From an uncultured Dehalococcoidaceae bacterium (GTDB lineage Bacteria; Chloroflexota; Dehalococcoidia; Dehalococcoidales; RBG-16-60-22): a DNA stretch of 64,000 nucleotides. Location of the stretch: contig CAZCZJ010000002.1 in the NCBI GenBank assembly GCA_964503235.1, positions 144-64,143 on the forward strand, given 5' to 3'. Shown here piece after piece: positions 39,001 to 46,727 of the stretch. The translations under genes were made by a program, and so were the position numbers. The first letter of the stretch is position 1, and each line of letters starts with the position of its first letter. Below the pieces are notes generated by a model. It was given only the letters and a program-made list of their open reading frames with translations, was not told where the DNA came from and ran no database searches.

Positions 39001-39078
39001 GAGATAGAGCTCGGTATGACGGAAGAAATCGCTGGTATCGAAGCCAAACGGTGCCTGCGGTGCGACCTTGAAGGATAG
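35998..39078 (+). CDS. Fusion protein combining a NuoF/HydB-like NADH-FMN module with a GltD/NfnB-like NADPH-FAD module
   Basis: ATG at 35998 (MVKKKIIKN...). The NuoF half has GRGGAGFPTGLKW, ICNADEGDPGAF and ESCGKCTPCR. The GltD half has CQHTCPAG, CGRICHHPCENRC, VAVVGAGPTGLACAYFLA and VAIIGGGNVALDAAR. Confidence 0.85.
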   Translation: MVKKKIIKNKNGQRQVLVCCGSGCPGSEQVRQCLEEEIARQGLGVEVKPTGCHGFCQQGPTLLIEPDNILYCKVTDDDIPEVVREHLGNNRIVERLLYVDPVSGKTVPRYSDIRFYEEQKRIILRNCGHINPENIEDYVARGGYQSLKKAIFDMTPETVIDEVKRSGLRGRGGAGFPTGLKWETCRNNPGSQKYAICNADEGDPGAFMDRSILEGDPHAMLEGLAITAYAIGASEGYIYIRIEYPLAVKHLYTALAQAEEKGYLGKNILGSDFSFNVQIKEGAGAFVCGEETALIASIESKRGMPRPRPPFPPQSGLDGKPTVINNVKTLATISAILEKGAEWYAGIGTEKSRGTTVFALTGKIANSGLVEVPMGTPLSRIIYDMGGGIPRGRQLKAVQTGGPSGGCIPARFIDTPIGYEELAALGSIVGSGGMVVMDEATCMVEVARFFLSFTQAESCGKCTPCRLGTRQMLEILTRITEGRGRDEDIDTLLSIADTVKECSLCSLGKTAPNPVVSTIKYFREEYEAHIREKKCPAAVCEALMISPCQHTCPAGINVPKYVAHIAEGEYKEAIETIRERNPFAAVCGRICHHPCENRCRRGELDEPVAIRSLKRFAADWYAEHGAEIGAIEPFPVTKKDKVAVVGAGPTGLACAYFLAQAGYPVTVFEALPVGGGMLSVAIPEFRLPKTAIQQDIDYITGKGVEIRYNTPLNTNFTSEHLKKEGYKAIFIAAGAQRSQRLGIPGEVEDVEGLYYGLRFLRDVRLGREVTVGKRVAIIGGGNVALDAARTCLRLGAEEASIYYRRSRDEMPVSDVEYDEATDEGVIMNYLISPTRITSDDWKVTGLQCTRMELGAPDDSGRRRPIPITGSEFNIQADTVIAAVGQAPDLSFLPPDSTLERTRWETLVVESNTLATNIDGVFAGGDFVTGPAMVVEAIAAGRRGAIAIDKYLRGDDSRVEIYDRKSAATIEPATAELEDTWEEKPRTKIKTLPLADRRSSFTEIELGMTEEIAGIEAKRCLRCDLEG

Positions 39079-39096
39079 AAAAGGAGGGGGGACGCG

Positions 39097-39741
39097 ATGA
39101 AATCAATGACAAAGCAAAAACCGATAGAGGAAATACAGCAATCCCTTGAAGGTCTTGATAAAGTGTTTATCGTCGGCTGCGGTACCTGCACAACACTTAC
39201 CAGCACCGGAGGTGTCGAGCAGGTTGAGGAAATGAAGGAGAAACTTCAGGAAATGGGAAAATGGCTGACCGGTACGGTGGTTATTCCCACCGCCTGCGAC
39301 GATATGACGGATGTGGCGATGAAGGAAAACGAGCAGGCTATCCGCAGCGCCGATTGTATTCTATCTATGAGCTGCGCCCTGGGAGTTCACCGCATGAGCC
39401 TCTATCTCGATATTCCGGTAATTCCGGCCGTGGACACCCTTTTTATCGGCGTGGAAGAGACCCCCGGTTATTTCCGCGAAGCCTGTGCTCAATGTGGCCA
39501 GTGCCTTCTCGGGATAACGGCTGGTATCTGCCCGATTACCGCCTGTCACAAAGGACTGGTCAACGGCCCCTGCGGCGGCACCAATAACGGCAAGTGCGAG
39601 GTCGATAAAGAGAAAGATTGCGCCTGGACGCTGATTTATAACCGACTTAAAGAGCAGAACCGCCTTCATCTGATGCGTCAATACCAGCCGCCCCGGAATC
39701 ATCATATCACCCTTCAACCTAAATCGATGAAAATTTCGTAA
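39097..39741 (+). CDS. metV: MetV-like protein (methylene-THF reductase C-terminal-domain/zinc-ribbon protein)
   Basis: Cys-rich motif CPITACHKGLVNGPCGGTNNGKCEVDKEKDCAW. It lies immediately upstream of metF. Confidence 0.7.
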   Translation: MKSMTKQKPIEEIQQSLEGLDKVFIVGCGTCTTLTSTGGVEQVEEMKEKLQEMGKWLTGTVVIPTACDDMTDVAMKENEQAIRSADCILSMSCALGVHRMSLYLDIPVIPAVDTLFIGVEETPGYFREACAQCGQCLLGITAGICPITACHKGLVNGPCGGTNNGKCEVDKEKDCAWTLIYNRLKEQNRLHLMRQYQPPRNHHITLQPKSMKIS

Positions 39742-39754
39742 GGGAGTTAGGAAA

Positions 39755-40639
39755 ATGGTATCACGTTTCAAAGAGGCCCTTGACTCCGGTAAATTTGTGA
39801 TTACCAGCGAGGTTGCCCCGCCTAAGGGGACCAACCTGGAGAAAATGCAGCATCACATCGAGTTATTGAAGGATAAGGTCGATGGTATCAATATTACCGA
39901 CCACCAGAGCTCGGCGATGCGCTTTCCCTCCCTCGGTGGTTGCCTGGCGGTGCTGGAAAGCGGCGGTGAGGCTATTATGCAGATGACCTGCCGCGACCGT
40001 AATCGTATAGCGCTGGAAGCCGACCTGCTTTTTGCCTACAGTCGTGGTGTCCGGAATGTACTCTGTCTCACCGGAGACGCCGTGGTGGTGGGCGACCATA
40101 AGGAAGCCATGGGTGTCTTTGACCTGGATTCGCTGCAGCTTATCAATACTATTCACACTCTGGCGGGGGGTAAGGACTTGGGAGGGAATGACCTCGATGG
40201 TGCGGTGGAGTTCTGCGTGGGAGCTATCGTTACCCCGGAAGCCCAGCCCCTCGAGCCGCAGTTGATAAAGTTCGAGAAGAAGGTGGAGGCTGGCGCCGAG
40301 TTCTTTCAGACCCAGGCTATCTACGACCTGGATAATTTCAAGAAATTTATGGACTACGCTCGCAAGTTCAAGACCAAGATACTGGCTGGTATCGTCCTGC
40401 TGTCCTCGGCCAGAATGGCCAGGTATATGACGGCTAATGTCCCCGGTATCTTTGTTCCCCAGGATTTACTCGACGAGATGTCGGCGGCGCCCAAAGAAGC
40501 GATGCTGGCTAAAGGTATCGAGATAGCCGGAAGGACTATCGCTGCTTTAAAGAGAGATGCCGTCTGCGACGGCGTTCATATCATGGCTATCGGCCGGGAG
40601 GAAACCGTCCCCGATATCCTGGCGGCTGCGGGAATGTAA
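39755..40639 (+). CDS. metF: 5,10-methylenetetrahydrofolate reductase
   Basis: 294 aa with the MTHFR TIM-barrel pattern (EVAPPKG...DHQSS...CRDRNR...FFQTQAIYD). Confidence 0.85.
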   Translation: MVSRFKEALDSGKFVITSEVAPPKGTNLEKMQHHIELLKDKVDGINITDHQSSAMRFPSLGGCLAVLESGGEAIMQMTCRDRNRIALEADLLFAYSRGVRNVLCLTGDAVVVGDHKEAMGVFDLDSLQLINTIHTLAGGKDLGGNDLDGAVEFCVGAIVTPEAQPLEPQLIKFEKKVEAGAEFFQTQAIYDLDNFKKFMDYARKFKTKILAGIVLLSSARMARYMTANVPGIFVPQDLLDEMSAAPKEAMLAKGIEIAGRTIAALKRDAVCDGVHIMAIGREETVPDILAAAGM

Positions 40640-40650
40640 ATCCGCTATTA

Positions 40651-41544
40651 TTACTCTACCCAGGCGACTTCGTATTTAGCCGCCAGACCTATCTCCATGA
40701 CGCTGTAAGGTCTTTCTAGCTTATTACACACGATGGGGAAGTGCGGTGTCCCCTTGGGTAGAGCCACCACGGTGGGAACACCAAAGGTATGCTTTTCATG
40801 TTCCGCGCCGATTTCTATAGTAAGCTCCGCGCCCAGGTAGCTCAGGTTATCGGTGTTATGCCCGAAGAATATCAGGCATTTGTCGTAGGGGCTTATTTGC
40901 GCGCCCTTGCCGGGATACCATTCACCGGTCGAGTTGTGCAGGCTCATCCTGAAGTTAACATTCATTCCTTCCAGTTTGTCGCCGGACATTGACAGCAGAT
41001 GCTTGGCGGCGGCACCGCCGGGTCCTTCCTGTACCTTCATCTCGTGGAACAGGTGAGTGTATTTATTGCCGTCGGTGGTGCCTTCCAGCGGCACCGGACC
41101 CCCGGAATATTTGGCAGCCAGCGCCAGGTGAAAATGCCCGAATGATTTGTATACTTTCTCGGTGATGAGCGGACAGTGCGGCATGCCTTTGGGAGCGGTT
41201 ACCACGGTGGGTACGCCGAATTTATGTATTTCCTGTTCCTTGCCTATCGCTAACGACATGTCCGAGCCCAGGTAGCTCATGTCTTCATCGTCGTAGCCGA
41301 AGAACAGCAAACATTCGTCGAAGGTATGGTCGTGCGCTCCCCGGTTAGGAGCCCAGTCACCCGTCTGGTCGTATACGCCGACGATGAAATTTAGGTCCAT
41401 GCCGCCCAGTTCATCCCCCCCGACAAATACCAACTCTTTGGCGTTGGCCCCGCCCATCCCCGGCCTGAAAGATAAAGTCTTCACGAGATTTCCGTATTTA
41501 GTATCTGCCACTGGTTTCCCCCTTTTGAACACTTGGATGGGCAA
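40651..41544 (-). CDS. Bicupin protein of unknown function (paralog family copy 1)
   Basis: Two cupin halves. Half 1 has HDHTFDE(x5)G and PKGMPH. Half 2 retains PKGTPH but has lost the HxH. Each half is preceded by a (T/N)KY(G/T) motif. Confidence 0.6.
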   Translation of the reverse strand: MPIQVFKRGKPVADTKYGNLVKTLSFRPGMGGANAKELVFVGGDELGGMDLNFIVGVYDQTGDWAPNRGAHDHTFDECLLFFGYDDEDMSYLGSDMSLAIGKEQEIHKFGVPTVVTAPKGMPHCPLITEKVYKSFGHFHLALAAKYSGGPVPLEGTTDGNKYTHLFHEMKVQEGPGGAAAKHLLSMSGDKLEGMNVNFRMSLHNSTGEWYPGKGAQISPYDKCLIFFGHNTDNLSYLGAELTIEIGAEHEKHTFGVPTVVALPKGTPHFPIVCNKLERPYSVMEIGLAAKYEVAWVE

Positions 41545-41627
41545 ATTCTATGTTATTCTAGGATACAATGCAAACAAGTAGTAAAAATTCAGACTGTTCC
41601 CTGCCATAACCCCTGACCGGGGTGTTT

Positions 41628-41649
41628 AAGAGGGGCTGGCGCCCCTCTT
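41628..41649. repeat. GC-rich palindrome related to the 1854-1874 element
   Basis: AAGAGGGGC, tggc loop, GCCCCTCTT. The flanking TTTAAGAGGGG and TATCCCCTTCTC-like words are shared with the 1811-1874 locus. Confidence 0.5.
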
Positions 41650-42294
41650 TCTATTTATTCCCCCTCTTAAACAAGATAAAAATGCGCATTGAATAAAAAT
41701 CAGTTTGAGAAGGGGATAAAGGTGGAGAGCATCTGAAATCAATCAAAACCATACAGGACTCAAGAAGTCTTTCGTTGTCATTCAACTCTCAGCCAGCCAT
41801 AATATTACAAATCCCAGTGAATTCGCTCTTATTATCCTCATTGTAACAGAGTAGAGGAGAAGTCATGAGTGGAAATAACGTTAAATACCAATGCTCATGT
41901 AACCAGGAAAATATCCGGTGCTACTCTTACCAGGGCCGGACGGTAGCGCCGTGACTTCGGAACAGTCCCCGGTAAAAATCAGGAATGCCACTCAGGCTGT
42001 CGATGCTGTCCTGTCCTGCCTGCGTGAACAAAAAGTACCCGCGATTCCGGATGCAGATACAAAATGGCATCAGAAGACCATAATTATTACTGGAAGGGAA
42101 GTATCCGGGCTGACGGCGTTATTCGGGAAGAAGTGGCTTTTAGAGAACTGCCCGTACCGGAGGCTCGGAAGATAGCCGATGAATTTCTGTTGAAAACTAA
42201 AATTCCTCCCCCGAGGCCTGGCGGCTATGGTCATTGAGAGTGGTAAATACTAATATTGACGATAGCCTGGAATATAGTTAAAATATTCTTTGAC

Positions 42295-42612
42295 ATGAAA
42301 AATAAAAAAATTATCTGCTTTGTGTTTACCCTTGCGGTTATTTTCCTTTTATCTCTTTATTTAACCTCCTGTGCGGCACCGGTTATTCATACGCCTTCTG
42401 ACTGGTCTTTTAATATCACCTTTCCTTACTGGGGCTTCCCCTTCGGTTTTATCGGTCTAGCCCTTTATTTCCTGCCGACGATTATTGCTGCTGTTAGACG
42501 AAGCAAAAGTATATTAGGCATCGTACTGTTAAATATATTTCTCGGCTGGACCTTTATCGGATGGGTAATATCCCTGGTATGGTCTCTGGTCGGCGAAGCC
42601 GGTAAAAATTAA
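42295..42612 (+). CDS. Small lipoprotein with a superinfection-immunity (Imm)-like TM domain
   Basis: ATG at 42295 and signal with lipobox LYLTSC. The C-terminal YFLPTIIAAVRRSKSILGIVLLNIFLGWTFIGWVISLVWSL resembles the Imm_superinfect family signature. Confidence 0.5.
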   Translation: MKNKKIICFVFTLAVIFLLSLYLTSCAAPVIHTPSDWSFNITFPYWGFPFGFIGLALYFLPTIIAAVRRSKSILGIVLLNIFLGWTFIGWVISLVWSLVGEAGKN

Positions 42613-42883
42613 CTCCACGTCTTTTCATCAGGGCTGCTAACTTTATCCGTTCTTTTCCGTTCTAATATATGTAACAGATAAAGGTGGTAACTAAAATGAA
42701 GGCTTTTCCAAACTTTTCGTTAAAACCAATCATGGATGAGATACTGGAGTCCATGCGTCAGGTCAACACGGTACCGGTTCCCGTCGAGTCAAAAGTATAC
42801 CTTAGCCCGGTAGAAATACGGCGCTACGTTCGTAATCTCAGGAAAAACCGACAAACTGATACCGGTTAGACGTCCCGACGATG

Positions 42884-42928
42884 TAAAAAAGATTGGGGGT
42901 ACTTAACACTCAATGAAAATACCCCCAA
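42884..42928 (-). terminator. Possible intrinsic terminator (long loop)
   Basis: 9-bp stem TTGGGGGTA / TACCCCCAA with an 18-nt loop. The minus-strand T-run is TCTTTTTTAC. Confidence 0.35.
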
Positions 42929-43073
42929 GAGAATCTGAATCCACGACCCAATTCCTCGTCAGAAACGCTTATGTATCATGACGATATGCAGAATTATTTA
43001 GTTCCCGGTGTTAGCTCTTTACTCTAATCCCGGTCTATTTTAAACACCACGTTCCAGAACCAGTGCGTTTTTA

Positions 43074-43328
43074 TTAATATATGCTTAAAGAGAAGGAACT
43101 CATGACTATGGCGGCCAGAATAATACCCGCCATTGCCAGTAATGTAATCTTTATTTTAGTATCATCCTCAGCTTTAAATAAAGCCCCCCAGAGTAGTGCC
43201 AGCGGCATTATGAGGACACCGATAATATATAGCCATTTGACCTCGGCACCGTAGCCTATAACTGTGAATATTATTCCCAATACTAGTGCAGCGAACATTT
43301 CCAACATGAATTTGTCCTCCCTTGTCAT
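43074..43328 (-). CDS. Small integral membrane protein (3 TM), unknown function
   Basis: 84 aa with three hydrophobic helices. No family recognised. Confidence 0.45.
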   Translation of the reverse strand: MTREDKFMLEMFAALVLGIIFTVIGYGAEVKWLYIIGVLIMPLALLWGALFKAEDDTKIKITLLAMAGIILAAIVMSSFSLSIY

Positions 43329-43546
43329 AGAAATAACAGCCTTGTTCAGCTATTTTTGGTAGTTTATGCTTCTCGGCTTTATTTGTCAACTAAGCCCTTT
43401 TCAGGCGGTTTTAACGCAATAAAACCTTAACATAATGTTAGTATTATTTTTCAACACTATACTGACGGGCATAAATGCGTTAATAAATGTCTGAATGTTG
43501 CCTGCGTAGAGGAAAGCCAGCGCTTCATAGCCGTAGAGGTATATAG

Positions 43547-43580
43547 ATAAAAGAAAAGGCACAGCCGGAGTAGCTGTGCC
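43547..43580 (-). terminator. Intrinsic terminator after the NuoE/NuoF/FeS operon
   Basis: GGCACAGC, cggagta loop, GCTGTGCC (43558-43580). On the minus strand it is followed by TTTTCTTTT. It lies 30 nt after the stop at 43610. Confidence 0.65.
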
Positions 43581-43609
43581 CTCTTATTACCTGGAATATT
43601 ATTACCGGT

Positions 43610-44317
43610 TTAGTCTTGAGATGCTGAAACCATTGCTCCGATTTCGGCATAGGGTATTTTCACCCTCGGTAATTCCGGCTTGCCGTTTTCGCCCATTTTG
43701 ATGGCTCCGGTGGGACAGACAAAAGCGCAATCCCCGCAGCCGATGCACTCTTCGCCCAGTTCGTAGGCATAAAACGGGGCGGCAACTTCTTTGTAAATGC
43801 CGCGGTTGACCAGGCTTATAGCCGATTTCCCGATGATTTCCTGGCAGGCCCTCACACATAGTCCGCAGAGAATGCAATCGTGGTCGCCCAAGGCGAATCT
43901 AGGTTTCTCGACCCCGTACTCCTCCGCAAGCTCCTGTATTATCTTGGTATTGGGACATCTTGCCAGCAGAAGCTCGATAATGCCCTTACGCAGGTTCCGC
44001 ACCCTCTCGGTATTTGTTTTCACGATGATGCCCTCCCGGGCCGGATACAGACAGGAGGCGACGAATCTGAAACTCTTCCCCTTGTCTTCGCTGACCTCGA
44101 CGGTACACAGACGGCAGGCGCCGTAAGGTCGGACCGCGGGATGGTAACAGAGAGCCGGAATATTACCGATTCCTTGCTGACGCTGCAGGGCCTCGTATAT
44201 GGTCTGCCCGCTCGACACGACGACATTTTTATCATCGACAGAGAAGTGCACGGCGTTGTTATCTTCGGCTTCCTCTATATCGACCGTTTTTTCGCTGCTA
44301 ATCCAGTATTTAGTCAT
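43610..44317 (-). CDS. Short NuoG/HydA-N-terminal-like Fe-S protein (2Fe-2S plus 2x 4Fe-4S) without any catalytic domain
   Basis: ALCYHP...GACRLCTVEV...ASC (2Fe-2S), plus CILCGLCVRAC and CIGCGDCAFVCP. It is 235 aa, with no H-cluster or molybdopterin domain. Confidence 0.8.
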   Translation of the reverse strand: MTKYWISSEKTVDIEEAEDNNAVHFSVDDKNVVVSSGQTIYEALQRQQGIGNIPALCYHPAVRPYGACRLCTVEVSEDKGKSFRFVASCLYPAREGIIVKTNTERVRNLRKGIIELLLARCPNTKIIQELAEEYGVEKPRFALGDHDCILCGLCVRACQEIIGKSAISLVNRGIYKEVAAPFYAYELGEECIGCGDCAFVCPTGAIKMGENGKPELPRVKIPYAEIGAMVSASQD

Positions 44318-44329
44318 TATTTTCTCCTT

Positions 44330-46210
44330 CTAACCTTTTATTACAGCATCGAACTTGCAGGAGTCATAGCAGGCTCCGCATTTGATGCACATTCCCTGAT
44401 TAATCGTATGAGGCTCGCGCTTCTCTCCGGTAATCGCGTTCGTAGAGCAGGCACGTGCGCAGACACCACAGCCAGTGCACTTGTCGGCGTCGATACTGTA
44501 CTCGATTAACTCCCGGCAAACACCGGCCGGGCATTTCTTATCGTTGATGTGGGCCAGGTATTCGTCTCTGAAGTACTTGAGAGTTGAAAGCACCGGATTG
44601 GCCGCCGAACGTCCCAGTGCACAGAGAGCGCCATCACTGAGTATTTCACCCAGGTCGGACATCGCATCCAAATCTTCCAGTTTACCCTCGCCGTGGCTGA
44701 TTCTGTTGAGGATATCGCTCATCCTGGCCAGTCCTTCACGACAGGGCACGCACTTGCCGCAGGACTCACCTTTCAGGAAATCAATGAAGTACCGGGCGAC
44801 ATCAACCATGCAGTTGTCCTCGTCCATCACTATCATCCCGCCGGAGCCCATCATCGAGCCCAGTTTGGTCAGTTCATCGAAATCTACCGGCGTATCCAGG
44901 TACTCTTCGGGGATGCACCCGCCCGAGGGGCCGCCGGTTTGCACCGCTTTGAATTTCTTGCCTCCGGGAATGCCGCCGCCGATGTCGTATATCATTTCTC
45001 TCAGGGTGATACCCATGGGCACTTCTACCAGGCCGGAGTTATTTATCTTACCGACCAGTGAGAATATCATGGTTCCCTTGCTGCCGTCCGTACCGATTTT
45101 CGAGTACCAGTCAGCGCCCTTGTTGATTATCAGCGGTATATTTGCCCAGGTTTTAACATTGTTTAGCAGGCTGGGCTTGTCCCAGAGACCTTTTTCGGAC
45201 ATGTGGACGTATTTGGCTTTGGGCTCACCTATCTTCCCTTCGAGAGAAGCTATCAGGGCGCTGGACTCGCCGCAGACAAAGGCGCCGCCGCCCTTATTGA
45301 TGGTTATGGTAAAATCGAAGCCGGAGCCCAGGATATTCTCCCCGAGGAAGCCGTAGTCCATGGCTTGCTCTAACGCTATGATGGCATGCTCTACGGCCAA
45401 GGGATATTCATTGCGCACATATATAAAACCGTGGTTAGAGCCGATGGCGTAGGCGCCGATAATCATTCCCTCGATAACGCTGTGAGGATTACCCTCCAGG
45501 ATACTGCGGTCCTGATAAGCACCGGGGTCTCCCTCGTCGGCGTTGCAGAGTACGTATTTTATATCACCCTCGGCTTTAAGGCAGGACTGCCATTTGCGTC
45601 CGGTGGGAAAGCCGCCGCCGCCCCTGCCTCTTAGACCGGATTTGGTGACTTCATTGATGATTTTCTCCGGGGTTAACTGGAAAAGGGCTTTGCTCAAAGC
45701 GGAATAGCCTCCCGCGGCGATATATTGCTCGATATCGGTCGGGTCTATCTCGCCATTCGCGCCCAGAATCAGGCGGGTCTGTCTTTTATAGAACGGAACG
45801 TCCGGTTCGTAGGTGATTTCCTCATTTGTGGCCGGGTCGGTATAGAGAAGCCGCTGAATGGTCTTGCCCTGGAGTACGGTCTCGGCGACAATCTCCGGTA
45901 CATCCTCGGGCTGTACATGCTGGTAAAAGACCTTCTTGGGACCGATCAACACTACCGGGCCCCGCTCGCAGAAGCCGTGGCAGCCCGTTTCCTTGAATTC
46001 AATTTTCGCCTGGAGCTCGAGTCGTTCGATTTCTTCGGCGAAGGCATCAACGACCGCCTCGGCACCCGAGGCACGACAACCGGTACCGCCGCATACGGAT
46101 ATCAGGATGCGGCTGGTGTCCTTATCATCAATAAGAGCCTGGCGGAGTTCCTCTAACTTCTCGATGCTTTTAAGTCTTTTATCTAACAGTTTCCTAACTT
46201 GCTCAACCAT
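44330..46210 (-). CDS. NuoF/HydB-like NADH-binding FMN iron-sulfur flavoprotein
   Basis: N-terminal thioredoxin-like 2Fe-2S (CGGTGC...CHGFCE), GRGGGGFPTGRKW, LCNADEGDPGAY, ESCGKCVPCR, and a C-terminal pair of 4Fe-4S motifs (CTGCGVCARAC, CIKCGACYDSC). Confidence 0.9.
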   Translation of the reverse strand: MVEQVRKLLDKRLKSIEKLEELRQALIDDKDTSRILISVCGGTGCRASGAEAVVDAFAEEIERLELQAKIEFKETGCHGFCERGPVVLIGPKKVFYQHVQPEDVPEIVAETVLQGKTIQRLLYTDPATNEEITYEPDVPFYKRQTRLILGANGEIDPTDIEQYIAAGGYSALSKALFQLTPEKIINEVTKSGLRGRGGGGFPTGRKWQSCLKAEGDIKYVLCNADEGDPGAYQDRSILEGNPHSVIEGMIIGAYAIGSNHGFIYVRNEYPLAVEHAIIALEQAMDYGFLGENILGSGFDFTITINKGGGAFVCGESSALIASLEGKIGEPKAKYVHMSEKGLWDKPSLLNNVKTWANIPLIINKGADWYSKIGTDGSKGTMIFSLVGKINNSGLVEVPMGITLREMIYDIGGGIPGGKKFKAVQTGGPSGGCIPEEYLDTPVDFDELTKLGSMMGSGGMIVMDEDNCMVDVARYFIDFLKGESCGKCVPCREGLARMSDILNRISHGEGKLEDLDAMSDLGEILSDGALCALGRSAANPVLSTLKYFRDEYLAHINDKKCPAGVCRELIEYSIDADKCTGCGVCARACSTNAITGEKREPHTINQGMCIKCGACYDSCKFDAVIKG

Positions 46211-46229
46211 TTTTTAGCCTTCCTTACGT

Positions 46230-46727
46230 CTATTCGTACTTTTTCAGGATTTTGTCGAGTTTATCCGGGGTTACCTTGCTTTCGTATTTGCCATCGACTA
46301 CCACTACGGGACCGAGAGCGCAGCAACCCAGACAGTTGGCGGTCTCCAGCGAAAACCTCATATCTTCCGTCGTTTCGCCGGGTTTCAGTTCATAGTCCCT
46401 TTCCATCTTATCGACGAGTCTCTGCCCGCCTTTGATATGGCAGGCTGTGCCGAGGCAGACGGTTATGGTATGGCGTCCTCTCGGTTTCAGGCTGAATGCC
46501 TGGAAAAACGTGGCTACACTGAAAACCTGGCTTAGAGGAATTTCCAGCTTCTGGCTTATCCTGATGAGGACATCCTGAGGGATGTAATTGAACTCAGCCT
46601 GAACGTCCTGCAATAAAGATATCAATTGCTCCTTTTTATCAATGTAGCTTTCTATCAGGTTTTCAACCTTCTCGGCGTTGCTTTCCAAGATGGTTTGAAT
46701 CGTGATGAAATCCAGACTAGTATCCAC
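46230..46727 (-). CDS. NuoE/HydC-like [2Fe-2S] protein
   Basis: VCLGTACHIKGG....CLGCCALGP. Confidence 0.85.
   Translation of the reverse strand: MDTSLDFITIQTILESNAEKVENLIESYIDKKEQLISLLQDVQAEFNYIPQDVLIRISQKLEIPLSQVFSVATFFQAFSLKPRGRHTITVCLGTACHIKGGQRLVDKMERDYELKPGETTEDMRFSLETANCLGCCALGPVVVVDGKYESKVTPDKLDKILKKYE

Noticed and set aside
42684-42869. 61-aa ORF on the plus strand
   Set aside because: No convincing RBS, no recognisable motif, and several in-frame Met candidates. It could be real, but the sequence alone does not support it.
32831-46727. Interpreting the two NuoE/NuoF/NuoG-like sets as respiratory complex I or as HydABC [FeFe]-hydrogenase
   Set aside because: No membrane Nuo subunits (A, H, J-N) and no NuoB/C/D/I are present. 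Neither G-like protein contains H-cluster motifs. These are soluble flavoprotein modules.
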